Assembly: GCA_963715865.1 (NCBI GenBank)
Contig: OY970280.1
Coordinates: 832,001-896,000 of the forward strand
Direction of reading: 5' to 3'
DNA from: Candidatus Bathyarchaeota archaeon
GTDB lineage: Archaea; Thermoproteota; Bathyarchaeia; Bathyarchaeales; Bathycorpusculaceae
Length of the DNA: 64,000 bases
A model generated the notes under the pieces. The model ran no database searches. It was not told where the DNA came from and saw only the letters and a list, made by a program, of their open reading frames with translations. Made by a program: the position numbers and the translations under genes. Positions within the stretch are counted from its first letter, which is position 1; each line of letters begins with the position of its first letter. Shown in pieces: positions 19,848 through 28,220 of this stretch.

Positions 19848-20390
19848 TTGGTTTTAGTCTTCGCGGCTGTTGGCGTAAGCGGTTCAGGCAAAACTACCAC
19901 ACTTGAGTATTTAATTTCACACCTGACCAGCGAGGGCTACAGGGTCGGCGCAATAAAACATATTCACCGCGAAAACTTCACCATTGATAGGGAAGGTAGC
20001 AACACGTGGAGATTCAGCAAGGCGGGCTCCAAAGTAACAGTAGCTATCTCACCCGAGGAAATAGCAATAATAAAAAAAACAAATGCCTCCCTCAATGATT
20101 TGGATAAAGTAGTTAAACTATTAGAAAGCGAAAAACTGGACATTATTTTCATTGAAGGATTCCACAGTTCCATTTCAAAGAGACCAGACATCGTTAAGGT
20201 TATAACCGCAAAGAACCCTGACGACCTAAATAGGACGCTGAAGGAAACTGTTCCGCCAATATTAGCAATAACAGGTTTGATTGCTAAAAATAAACCTCCC
20301 ACAAGCGAAATCCCCTTCATTAATTTACCTGACGAAGGAGCCCAGCTTCTAGAACTTGTAAAAAACCATTTAGCGCCAAGAGGAAATTAA
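19848..20390 (+). CDS. mobB: Molybdopterin-guanine dinucleotide biosynthesis protein B
   Basis: GVSGSGKTT, 'GYRVGAIKHIH', 'IFIEGF'. Confidence 0.92.
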   Translation: MVLVFAAVGVSGSGKTTTLEYLISHLTSEGYRVGAIKHIHRENFTIDREGSNTWRFSKAGSKVTVAISPEEIAIIKKTNASLNDLDKVVKLLESEKLDIIFIEGFHSSISKRPDIVKVITAKNPDDLNRTLKETVPPILAITGLIAKNKPPTSEIPFINLPDEGAQLLELVKNHLAPRGN

Positions 20391-20448
20391 GCATCATCAG
20401 GAAAATTAGATAAACTGCCTTTATTTTTCTACTAAACAAGGTAGTTGA

Positions 20449-21504
20449 ATGACTAGACGAGCAGCAATCATCCTAGCTGGAGGAAAAGCCCAAAGATTCC
20501 AGACCACTCAGGGAAAATGGCAAGATAAGGCTCTGGCTGAGCTTTATGGAAAGCCTCTTCTAGTCCATGCTATTGAGAATGCCCAAGATGTTGTTGATGA
20601 AACATTAATTGTAGTAAATGAAAATGAAAACCGAAAACCACAATATAAAAATGTTTTAGCAAAGTATCACGTTGAAAACGCCAGAATAATTACCGACATA
20701 AAAATCGATCATCTAAACGGACCTCTCGTGGCAATTTTAACTGGGCTAAAATCTGTCGATGCAGATTATTGCCTTACGGTTCCCTGTGACATGCCTTTGC
20801 TTAGTGGAAAAGTTGCTGACTACTTATTTAACGAAATCAAAGGTTCCTATGTTGCTGTTCCAATGTGGCCTAACGGTAGGCTTGAAACGCTTCTTATGGT
20901 TCTTGAGCGGTCGAGCACTATAGAAATAGCCAGTGCACTTTGCCTATTAGGTCGCTCTCATCCTGACGATATTATAAGAGGCGCTTTACACGTCTTGCTT
21001 GTTTCTCCGTTAGGCGAAATTAAAGCTTTGGACCCAGAACTGAAGAGTTTTGTAAACATTAACTCTCAAGAAGATTTAAGTCGGTTGCAACCCCGCCAAG
21101 GTCAAGGTTCAGTTATTGAGAATCTGCGGTTAAACCTTGGAACTCTGCCTATTGGAGAGTTACAACGTCTTCAGAAAGCGTCTTTGGAGCGAGATAATAC
21201 TGATTTTTTGGAAGCCGCAAAATTATTTTCAGCTTGCGCCGTTAATTTGGAGAAGGAAAACTCGTTTTTTTGGGCTGCCTTGAGCCGAGAGAATGAAGGA
21301 AAATGTTGCCTATGCTTGTCTAAGCAGCAGAGTAAGCTTGAATTCATCAACCTTGGTAAAGGCGCACTCTTAAAAGCCGCGAGTAACTACGGGTTGGAAG
21401 CTGAAATGTACGAGCATAACCGCTGTTACTTATTGGCTGAACGGGCAAAAGCTGACAAGTCATGGTGCGAATCACATGTTAAAAGCTTGAACATAATTAA
21501 ATGA
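20449..21504 (+). CDS. mobA: Molybdenum cofactor guanylyltransferase with C-terminal helical extension
   Basis: 'AIILAGGKAQRF', 'DKAL', 'GPLVAILTGL', 'VPCDMP', 'FVNINSQEDL'. Confidence 0.88.
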   Translation: MTRRAAIILAGGKAQRFQTTQGKWQDKALAELYGKPLLVHAIENAQDVVDETLIVVNENENRKPQYKNVLAKYHVENARIITDIKIDHLNGPLVAILTGLKSVDADYCLTVPCDMPLLSGKVADYLFNEIKGSYVAVPMWPNGRLETLLMVLERSSTIEIASALCLLGRSHPDDIIRGALHVLLVSPLGEIKALDPELKSFVNINSQEDLSRLQPRQGQGSVIENLRLNLGTLPIGELQRLQKASLERDNTDFLEAAKLFSACAVNLEKENSFFWAALSRENEGKCCLCLSKQQSKLEFINLGKGALLKAASNYGLEAEMYEHNRCYLLAERAKADKSWCESHVKSLNIIK

Positions 21505-22282
21505 TTATTCTTTCTGGCACAGTGTAAACGTTCAGGCGTTTTCCACGTACAAACCCAGCCAAAGTCAAATTCGATGCTTCAGCCATCGCTATACCCGAAG
21601 AAAGTGCCGCTGCCAGCGAAGCAACAATGGGCAAACCAACCTTAGCAGCCTTGAAAGCCACATCACCAGACATGCGCCCGCTCAAAGCCAAAAAGCACAT
21701 GCCAAAATCAACCCTGTTCAACGCAGCCATCCCAATCACTTTGTCAACGGCGTTGTGTCTGCCTACGTCTTCAGCCAACGCAACCAATGAGCCGTCGCCC
21801 TTGTAGATTGCGGCAACGTGAAGCCCGCCTGTTTGCCTGAAACCTTCAGCTTTGAAGTTCAGCTGGTTAACGCTGTCAAAAATGACCTTGGCGTTAACTT
21901 TTAGGTTTGATTCAACCTTAGGGTTTTTGCCTGCGTATTGGTAGGGTGAGCCGCCGCCGCAGGCTGACGTAATAACGCGAGCATGAAGCCTTGACAGGCT
22001 AATGCGGTCATCAACGTTAACGCTTGGTTTAAGTTTAACGTAGCAGGCGTTTTCCGCTTCTTTTAGGGTTACCTCCTCGATTTCATCGATTGACTTCAAT
22101 ATGCCCTCGGAAAGCAGGTGCCCGACTGCCAGCTCCCTGATGTTGGTTGGCGTGCAAAGAATGGTTACCCAAAAAGCAGTATCAACAAAAAGGTGAAGAG
22201 GACTCTCTTCAGCAACAAAATCAAGTTTTCTTTCAGCTTTTCCAGTTGAGAGGTCAATTTTTACAATGTCAACTTGACGCAT
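21497..22282 (-). CDS. fdhD: Formate dehydrogenase accessory sulfurtransferase
   Basis: 'VAEESPL', 'ELAVGHLLSEG', 'TGGLHVAA', 'EDVGRHNAVDKVIG'. Confidence 0.95.
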   Translation of the reverse strand: MRQVDIVKIDLSTGKAERKLDFVAEESPLHLFVDTAFWVTILCTPTNIRELAVGHLLSEGILKSIDEIEEVTLKEAENACYVKLKPSVNVDDRISLSRLHARVITSACGGGSPYQYAGKNPKVESNLKVNAKVIFDSVNQLNFKAEGFRQTGGLHVAAIYKGDGSLVALAEDVGRHNAVDKVIGMAALNRVDFGMCFLALSGRMSGDVAFKAAKVGLPIVASLAAALSSGIAMAEASNLTLAGFVRGKRLNVYTVPERIII

Positions 22283-22640
22283 AACTCTGTCCTCTTGTGC
22301 TGTTGTGTTTTGAACTCAGCGCTGTTGATAAGGCATTCGGCTACCCAAATTATGTATAATGAGGTTTCAAACCTTTAAAAATTGAATTAGGGAATTAGCA
22401 GTTTGCCACCGCACATAGGACAGAAAAGCTTATGCAAGTACATTAGCTCAATCCAGCATGTATAGCAAAAGTAAATTTGGCATTTTGAGCATATTGAAGC
22501 CAGCGCCTATGAACTTTCCGCAAGAATCGCAAGGTCGAGTTAAAACAAAAATGGTAGTTTTAGAGGATTAAACGTTTTATAAAACAAGTGAAGAAACGAT
22601 GTTTTAGCACAGTAGGGGCTTTATTGAAAGTAAAAACTAG

Positions 22641-22657
22641 GCAAAAAAGCGCAAAGA
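22641..22657 (+). repeat. 17-bp direct repeat GCAAAAAAGCGCAAAGA (second copy 23685-23701)
   Basis: Exact match read from sequence; brackets the 22685..23608 gene. Confidence 0.8.
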
Positions 22658-22684
22658 GCAAACACTAAGACTTTTTTTGCATCC

Positions 22685-23608
22685 TCAGTTTGGTATTTCC
22701 TTTACCTTTCGATACATTCTAACTAATAGGTCACTATACTTATTGATTGAAGGCTTCAATTCTTTGATTTCGTTGTAGTCTAAGCAGGGTTCAATAGAGT
22801 GTGCACCTGCATTTCCTTCTTCTTTTACGTCAAATAAGAAATTAACAAATGATTCTTTCTCTTTCTCTAATTTGAAGAAATCGTAAGGCTTGAAATCGTC
22901 TAATTTATCCCTCAAATTAGGAATAAGTGTACTCAAATTAAGAAATCCATCGGAATAAAAAAGCTCCTTTCGAGCCATACCGTACTTTTGCCTAAGTAAA
23001 TCAATTATTAATCTCTCAAATAATTTTCTAACTAACACCATAGTGGCAGTATATAGCCCTACACGGAAGGTGGTGTTTATCTCAAATTTAAGGTCATCAT
23101 AGACCTTATCGTTAAACATGATATCTATTAATAATTCAGAATTATGTAGTGGCTCTCCACTAGTACCTTTTATTTCAAAATCCTTTGAGCCTTCAACCCT
23201 TTCCTCAGAAAAAATTTTGTTAGCCTCAGAACATAGTTGTGGTGGACTTGTGCCTTGAAAGCTCTTGTAAACTAATTCATCTATCTCTAATTCAAGCCCC
23301 ATATTTGCTTTTATTGCATAGTCTCTAACAAAATTGGGTGGAAGTAATAACCGTCTTAGGTAAGTTACATCATTACCGTTGCCAGTATACCATCCCTTTG
23401 AAACTACTCGAAAATCAAACGGTTTATTTATAACACGCTTAACACAGCAGTTTTCATCCACCAATATAGTTAGAGTACTTCTAAGGTACGTCTCGATTCC
23501 AGTATCAAGTTCATAATATTTGGCGATTCTTTCATCATCTATGTTAAGCTGAAGCATGAGTGGATTGTTATCAGTTCCTTCAATTTTCTTTCGAATAATA
23601 TAGGGCAT
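22685..23608 (-). CDS. Hypothetical protein with C-terminal DUF4145/HEPN-like domain
   Basis: 'ATMVLVRKLFERLIIDLL...GNAGAH' pattern. Confidence 0.65.
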   Translation of the reverse strand: MPYIIRKKIEGTDNNPLMLQLNIDDERIAKYYELDTGIETYLRSTLTILVDENCCVKRVINKPFDFRVVSKGWYTGNGNDVTYLRRLLLPPNFVRDYAIKANMGLELEIDELVYKSFQGTSPPQLCSEANKIFSEERVEGSKDFEIKGTSGEPLHNSELLIDIMFNDKVYDDLKFEINTTFRVGLYTATMVLVRKLFERLIIDLLRQKYGMARKELFYSDGFLNLSTLIPNLRDKLDDFKPYDFFKLEKEKESFVNFLFDVKEEGNAGAHSIEPCLDYNEIKELKPSINKYSDLLVRMYRKVKEIPN

Positions 23609-23752
23609 TTTAACCTGTCAAATCTTATAGATTGGTTTGCTTTTTCAACTTTTCTATTACAATTCAGTCAAGCAACTTAGCGATGCAAAAAAGCGCAAAG
23701 ACTAAAAACTAACGCATAAAGAGGGCTGCTTAGTTTTTTCATACTGCTTAAT

Positions 23753-24553
23753 TTACTGTAAAGCCATCTCGAACAATTTTTTTTGAACTGGAACTAGTCT
23801 GTCATCACACATTTTCTTTAAAAGGTCTTCTAACATCCGTATCAATTTCATGTCAATTATGCCTTCATTAAGTTTTTTCAAGATATCAGTTGACTTATCC
23901 TTTGAATCGAACTTCAATAGGTGTTCCTTAGACATTGAAAGCATAAGAGCCTCAATTATCTGGTCTAAAATGACTTTGAAATCATCAATTATTGCATTAT
24001 CGCATGAACGTATAACCTCTTTATGTTCTTTCAAGAAATCATAAGCAATATAATATGCCCTAATCTCATAGAGTAAATCTCCTAGTTCGATATGCTCGTT
24101 CTTAAAAATATGCGGAAGTACATAGAAATTGAAGTTTCCGCCAACTGCTGATGTTTTCACACTTTCCATTAATATATCAATGAGGTCTTGTGAATGTTTT
24201 ACTGTTACAAATTTTCCATCCGCTATAACCTGAATTTTTACAGGTGTAATGGTTAGACTTATACCTACATCCTTTGGGTTGTCATGGAGGTACGTTAACA
24301 CATCATCTCTCGAAAGGTCTAATGGACTTAGAATACCCACTTTAGCTGTTTTTTTGACTTCATCAATAGCCTGAATAATTGCTTTCGAGGCGGTCGCAAG
24401 CGTTTTTTTCTTTTCTGATTCTTCTTTTAGTAATCTAACTTGTTCATTTGAGCTTTTTGCTTGTTGGCTCGTATACACTAAGCTGATAATAGAAATTACG
24501 AAGGCAAGCGTGCTAAACACAATGGTAATTATGATTGTTATATCCATACTCAT
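23753..24553 (-). CDS. Hypothetical protein with N-terminal TM and coiled coil
   Basis: 266-aa ORF, AT-rich, N-terminal hydrophobic helix. Confidence 0.78.
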   Translation of the reverse strand: MSMDITIIITIVFSTLAFVISIISLVYTSQQAKSSNEQVRLLKEESEKKKTLATASKAIIQAIDEVKKTAKVGILSPLDLSRDDVLTYLHDNPKDVGISLTITPVKIQVIADGKFVTVKHSQDLIDILMESVKTSAVGGNFNFYVLPHIFKNEHIELGDLLYEIRAYYIAYDFLKEHKEVIRSCDNAIIDDFKVILDQIIEALMLSMSKEHLLKFDSKDKSTDILKKLNEGIIDMKLIRMLEDLLKKMCDDRLVPVQKKLFEMALQ

Positions 24554-24737
24554 CCGTTCTTAGTTTGAAGATTTTACTTCTATATGTTTTACTAATGCTA
24601 TAAGATTTTAGTCCCTACCACTTTTTGTGTTTTGACTTTTAAATTGAGCGATGCAAAAACTTAAACGCTAAAAAACTCAATTCTGCTACCAAGATAAAAA
24701 TGGCTCATAGAAATAGACGAGGAAAATCAATAATCAA

Positions 24738-25379
24738 ATGAAAAAACAGCGAGAAGAAGAACAATATTCAATGCAAAATGCTATGAATAAGCTTGCAGAA
24801 ATATGCAAAATTATTTTTGAGGACAATAAGCTTATTTTTCTCAAAAAAAGTGAAGAGATTGACGAAACTCTTCTTAAGACTCTTTCATTGTCATTTACGA
24901 CACTTTCTACCTTGTTTGAAGACGCTATAGAACATTGGTTTGGTTCAAAATTAAAAGGTCCTGACGCTGTTCAACCCTCGGAAAAATTGGAAGACCGAAT
25001 TGATATTAAGCTTTATCAAACTGGCAGTCTGGATTTCGAGCAGTTGAAGAGAATTATGGTTCGTTTGAATAGGATTGATGATGCATTGGGAGGCATCGAA
25101 AGAATAGCGTTCTACCTGACGCATTACGAGAATATCTGTAAAGCGAAAGGTCTTAACAAATATGCTGAATTGTCCGAATTATTCCGTGTTTATAGTATTG
25201 AAGAATTTGGTAAGAGCCTTAAAATGGAGGCAAGCCAACTTAGAGGTAAAGTTGAAAGAAGTAACTTATACTTTCAATCCAAATTAAACACAACGACAGT
25301 AAGAATAGCTTATTTTGCTTTAGCGATTTCAGTTTTGTCGGTCTTAATAACCATACTATGGCTTCTATTTGGAAAATAA
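24738..25379 (+). CDS. Hypothetical protein with C-terminal TM
   Basis: 213-aa helical ORF ending 'IAYFALAISVLSVLITILWLLFGK'. Confidence 0.78.
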   Translation: MKKQREEEQYSMQNAMNKLAEICKIIFEDNKLIFLKKSEEIDETLLKTLSLSFTTLSTLFEDAIEHWFGSKLKGPDAVQPSEKLEDRIDIKLYQTGSLDFEQLKRIMVRLNRIDDALGGIERIAFYLTHYENICKAKGLNKYAELSELFRVYSIEEFGKSLKMEASQLRGKVERSNLYFQSKLNTTTVRIAYFALAISVLSVLITILWLLFGK

Positions 25380-25559
25380 CGAATTTGCATTTCCTTAAAA
25401 CCTACAAGCGCAAAAAAAACCAAAAAGTGCATTTACAGTTTACAAGATACAGGAGCCTATTTGGGTCATACAGTGGACCGAGGGGTAGGGTGTGAGAGAG
25501 ACAGAAGGCTCTTGCTACTAATGCTTAAAGCGCCGTTTTGACTATTTGGGATGCGATTT

Positions 25560-25610
25560 CGTTTAGTATAGTAAACGCAATTCTTATATTTTCGTTTACT
25601 ATAGTAAACG
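25560..25610 (+). promoter_or_regulatory. Two palindromic operator-like sites flanking a TATA box
   Basis: CGTTTAGTATAGTAAACG (25560-25577), CTTATATT (25583-25590), perfect palindrome CGTTTACTATAGTAAACG (25593-25610), ATG at 25614. Confidence 0.75.
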
Positions 25611-25613
25611 AGC

Positions 25614-26909
25614 ATGGCAACAATCGAAGACTTCCGATACATAATGAACCTTTGGAAAAATTTAGAAATTCCCACAACGGTTAGACGAGAAATCGACATA
25701 GATATAAACGCTGACAAAATAATCACAGTTGCTGGAGTCAGAAGGTCAGGAAAGACAAGCCTAATCTTCCAATGCATAACAGACCTCCTAAATAATGGAG
25801 TAAAAAAGGATAACATAATTTATGTAAATTTTGAAAATGAGCGGTTAATGGGCGCAAAAGCTACAGACTTAGATAAACTGCTAATTGCGCATAACATGGC
25901 ATTCGCCCCAGAGCAAGGTATAATCTACCTTTTCCTAGACGAGATACAGATTGTAGAAAACTGGGACAAATGGGTAAGAAAAATATACGACCTTCACAAG
26001 CACCGAATTGTCATCACGGGTTCATCCTCTGAATTGCTAAGCATCGAGATAGCAACAGCTCTCGCAGGAAGAAACCTCTCGTACATAGTTTACCCCTTTT
26101 CATTTCGGGAATTCATAAAGGCAAAGGGCATAAAGGAAGAAAAAGAAGACTTAAAATACTCGGCGAAGAGAGGACTCGTACTTAAAGAGCTCGATGAATT
26201 TCTTGAATACGGGTCATTTCCAGAAGTGACTCTAACTAAAGATGACGGAAGGAAAATGGAACTTTTGTCTTCTTACTTTGACGCCATATTCTTTAGAGAC
26301 ATAGTAAAAAGATACAAGCTCAGGGAAACGGGCAACCTAAGTGTTTTCCTAAGAATATTGGCAAGTAACTACGCTGTCTACTTCAGCTCCAGCAAAGCCT
26401 ACAATTATTTTTCAAGTGTGGGCTTGAAAGTAAGCAGGAAAACCATTCTTAACTTCTTAGAGTATGCAAAATCAGTTTTCTTTGCGGCAATACTTGAACA
26501 ATACAGCAAAAGCCCCAAAAAACGGTTTGCAAGACAACAGAAAACCTACGTCATAGACATAGGGCTTTCAAAGTTGTTCGGCGATGTAGATAAAGGAAGA
26601 GCACTCGAAAACGCAGTCTTCATAGAATTATTGAGGCACAAAAAAATCGGAGAATCAATTTACTATCTAAAACTAAAATCAGGCAAGGAAATAGACTTTA
26701 TAGTGAAAGGAAAGAGTACACAATTACTACAGGTTTCATATGACGTATCCTCATCTGAAGCTCGGAAACGGGAGACTTCCGCTCTTGTGGAAGCAGCTAA
26801 AACATTCGGTTTAAGCAACTGTAAAGTTATAACATATGACTATGAAAATGAAGAAACGGTGGATGACTTAAAAATAAAGTTTGTTCCCTTTTGGATTTGG
26901 GCATTATAA
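25614..26909 (+). CDS. AAA_14 ATPase fused to DUF4143 PD-(D/E)xK-like domain
   Basis: 'GVRRSGKT', 'LFLDEIQ', 'ITGSSS', 'LENAVFIEL', 'EIDFIV'. Confidence 0.92.
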   Translation: MATIEDFRYIMNLWKNLEIPTTVRREIDIDINADKIITVAGVRRSGKTSLIFQCITDLLNNGVKKDNIIYVNFENERLMGAKATDLDKLLIAHNMAFAPEQGIIYLFLDEIQIVENWDKWVRKIYDLHKHRIVITGSSSELLSIEIATALAGRNLSYIVYPFSFREFIKAKGIKEEKEDLKYSAKRGLVLKELDEFLEYGSFPEVTLTKDDGRKMELLSSYFDAIFFRDIVKRYKLRETGNLSVFLRILASNYAVYFSSSKAYNYFSSVGLKVSRKTILNFLEYAKSVFFAAILEQYSKSPKKRFARQQKTYVIDIGLSKLFGDVDKGRALENAVFIELLRHKKIGESIYYLKLKSGKEIDFIVKGKSTQLLQVSYDVSSSEARKRETSALVEAAKTFGLSNCKVITYDYENEETVDDLKIKFVPFWIWAL

Positions 26910-26917
26910 ACCTGTGT

Positions 26918-26953
26918 TATGGTTTGAGGTGAAATATTTTCATCCGCTAAAAA
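26918..26953 (-). pseudogene. Remnant of DUF5615 PIN-like toxin N-terminus (FLADENISPQTI)
   Basis: Diagnostic FLADENI motif just downstream of DUF433; no start codon; ends at the convergent AAA_14 gene. Confidence 0.65.
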
Positions 26954-26962
26954 ATTCGGAGT

Positions 26963-27191
26963 TTAAGACACCGCGTACTCGAAAGCTTCTTCGTTCTTGA
27001 CAATTTGTGTCAGCGTAGTTAACTGCCGCTTTAATGTCCTCTTCCGTCAAGGTTGGGTACGCTGTAATTATGCGCTTGAAATCGTAGCCAGCTGATAATA
27101 GTTCAAGTATCAAGTACACAGGAATCCTAGTGCCTTTGATTACTGGTTTCCCGCCTAGAATTTTAGGATTCACTTCAATACGTTCGCTCAA
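26963..27191 (-). pseudogene. DUF433 antitoxin with a +1 frameshift near 27010
   Basis: 'NPKILGGKPVIKGTRIPV...YPTLTEEDIKAAVNYA'; shifted frame gives a natural tail 'TQIVKNEEAFEYAVS*' ending 26963. Confidence 0.75.
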
Positions 27192-27223
27192 TTCTCATCC
27201 CATAGATTGCTTGTGGATGATTA

Positions 27224-27242
27224 GAAATTCATTTTGAATTTC
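27224..27242. promoter_or_regulatory. Inverted repeat GAAATTCA-TTT-TGAATTTC, probable TA operator
   Basis: Perfect 8-bp arms ~33 bp upstream of the DUF433 start. Confidence 0.55.
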
Positions 27243-27403
27243 AAACCTTTAGTATTCAATTCATTACCAAAGAATTAAAGTTTTTTGGCTGAATTATAGG
27301 CACACAACTGCTAAAAACAGAAGCCTAGCCTAAACACATGCAATTTTACAGAAATAAGTATGGTATAAGCAGACGCTTGAAAGCGTTGCCCATTACTGAG
27401 AGA

Positions 27404-28219
27404 TTACAGGTATTTTTCGTATGTTTTAAGCTGCGGATTGTTGGCTTTTGAGACGAAGATTTTGCCTGTGCCGTGCTCAGCTAAGTCGCCTAGAAACACG
27501 TAGAATGGGCCTGCCGCTGATTCGGTGTCGTCAATTTTGACTTTAGGCTTAACATTGTCAATGGTAAACGTGGGCATTACTTCATCTATTTTTCCAGAAA
27601 CAACGATTTTTCCGCCAGTCATGTTCGTGCCGACTCTCGTCGTAGCATCTTTTTCAACGTGAATAATGCCATCGCGCATGTGGAAACCTAAGAATTGGCC
27701 AGTGTTGCTGCCTTTTATCTTGATTAATCCGCCGTGCATGTAGGCGCCTGAGTCGCTACCGACATTGCCGTCTACTACTATTTTGCCTCCACGCATGCCC
27801 TCGCTAGCTCCGCGGTAAGGTGAAGCTAAATAGTCATTTGCGTTTCCGTGAACTTCAATTAAACCGTTCTTCATGGCGCTGCCTGTCCATTGGCCTGCAT
27901 CGCCGTTTACCGTGATTTTGCCGCCTACCATTTTCTCGCCAAGGTGCATTCCTGCATTGCCGTTGATGACAATTTCTCCGTTTTTCATGCCTTGACCTAT
28001 CCGTCTTACTTCGCTTACGTCACCGTTGATGGTTATGCTCGGAGTTTCAGCGCCGTCTTCTTCTATTTTAAAGAGGTCGCTGAGCTTTTTCGGCTTGTTT
28101 CCTTCGTAAACGGGCAACTTTGCGATTTCAGCAGTGTCTTTACCCTGAAATACATCAGGACTTATGCATTCAGCTTGAACTGGAAACGTAAATTTTCTCA
28201 GCGGTGTTAAAGTTATCAT
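27404..28219 (-). CDS. fwdC: Formylmethanofuran dehydrogenase subunit C
   Basis: 'VQAECISPD', GXGXG beta-helix repeats. Confidence 0.96.
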   Translation of the reverse strand: MITLTPLRKFTFPVQAECISPDVFQGKDTAEIAKLPVYEGNKPKKLSDLFKIEEDGAETPSITINGDVSEVRRIGQGMKNGEIVINGNAGMHLGEKMVGGKITVNGDAGQWTGSAMKNGLIEVHGNANDYLASPYRGASEGMRGGKIVVDGNVGSDSGAYMHGGLIKIKGSNTGQFLGFHMRDGIIHVEKDATTRVGTNMTGGKIVVSGKIDEVMPTFTIDNVKPKVKIDDTESAAGPFYVFLGDLAEHGTGKIFVSKANNPQLKTYEKYL

Positions 28220-28220
28220 T

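Noticed and set aside
25472-25485. GTGGACCGAGGGG as another tRNA-Ala-like scar upstream of the AAA_14 gene
   Set aside because: Too short, with no T-loop or hairpin; could be chance.
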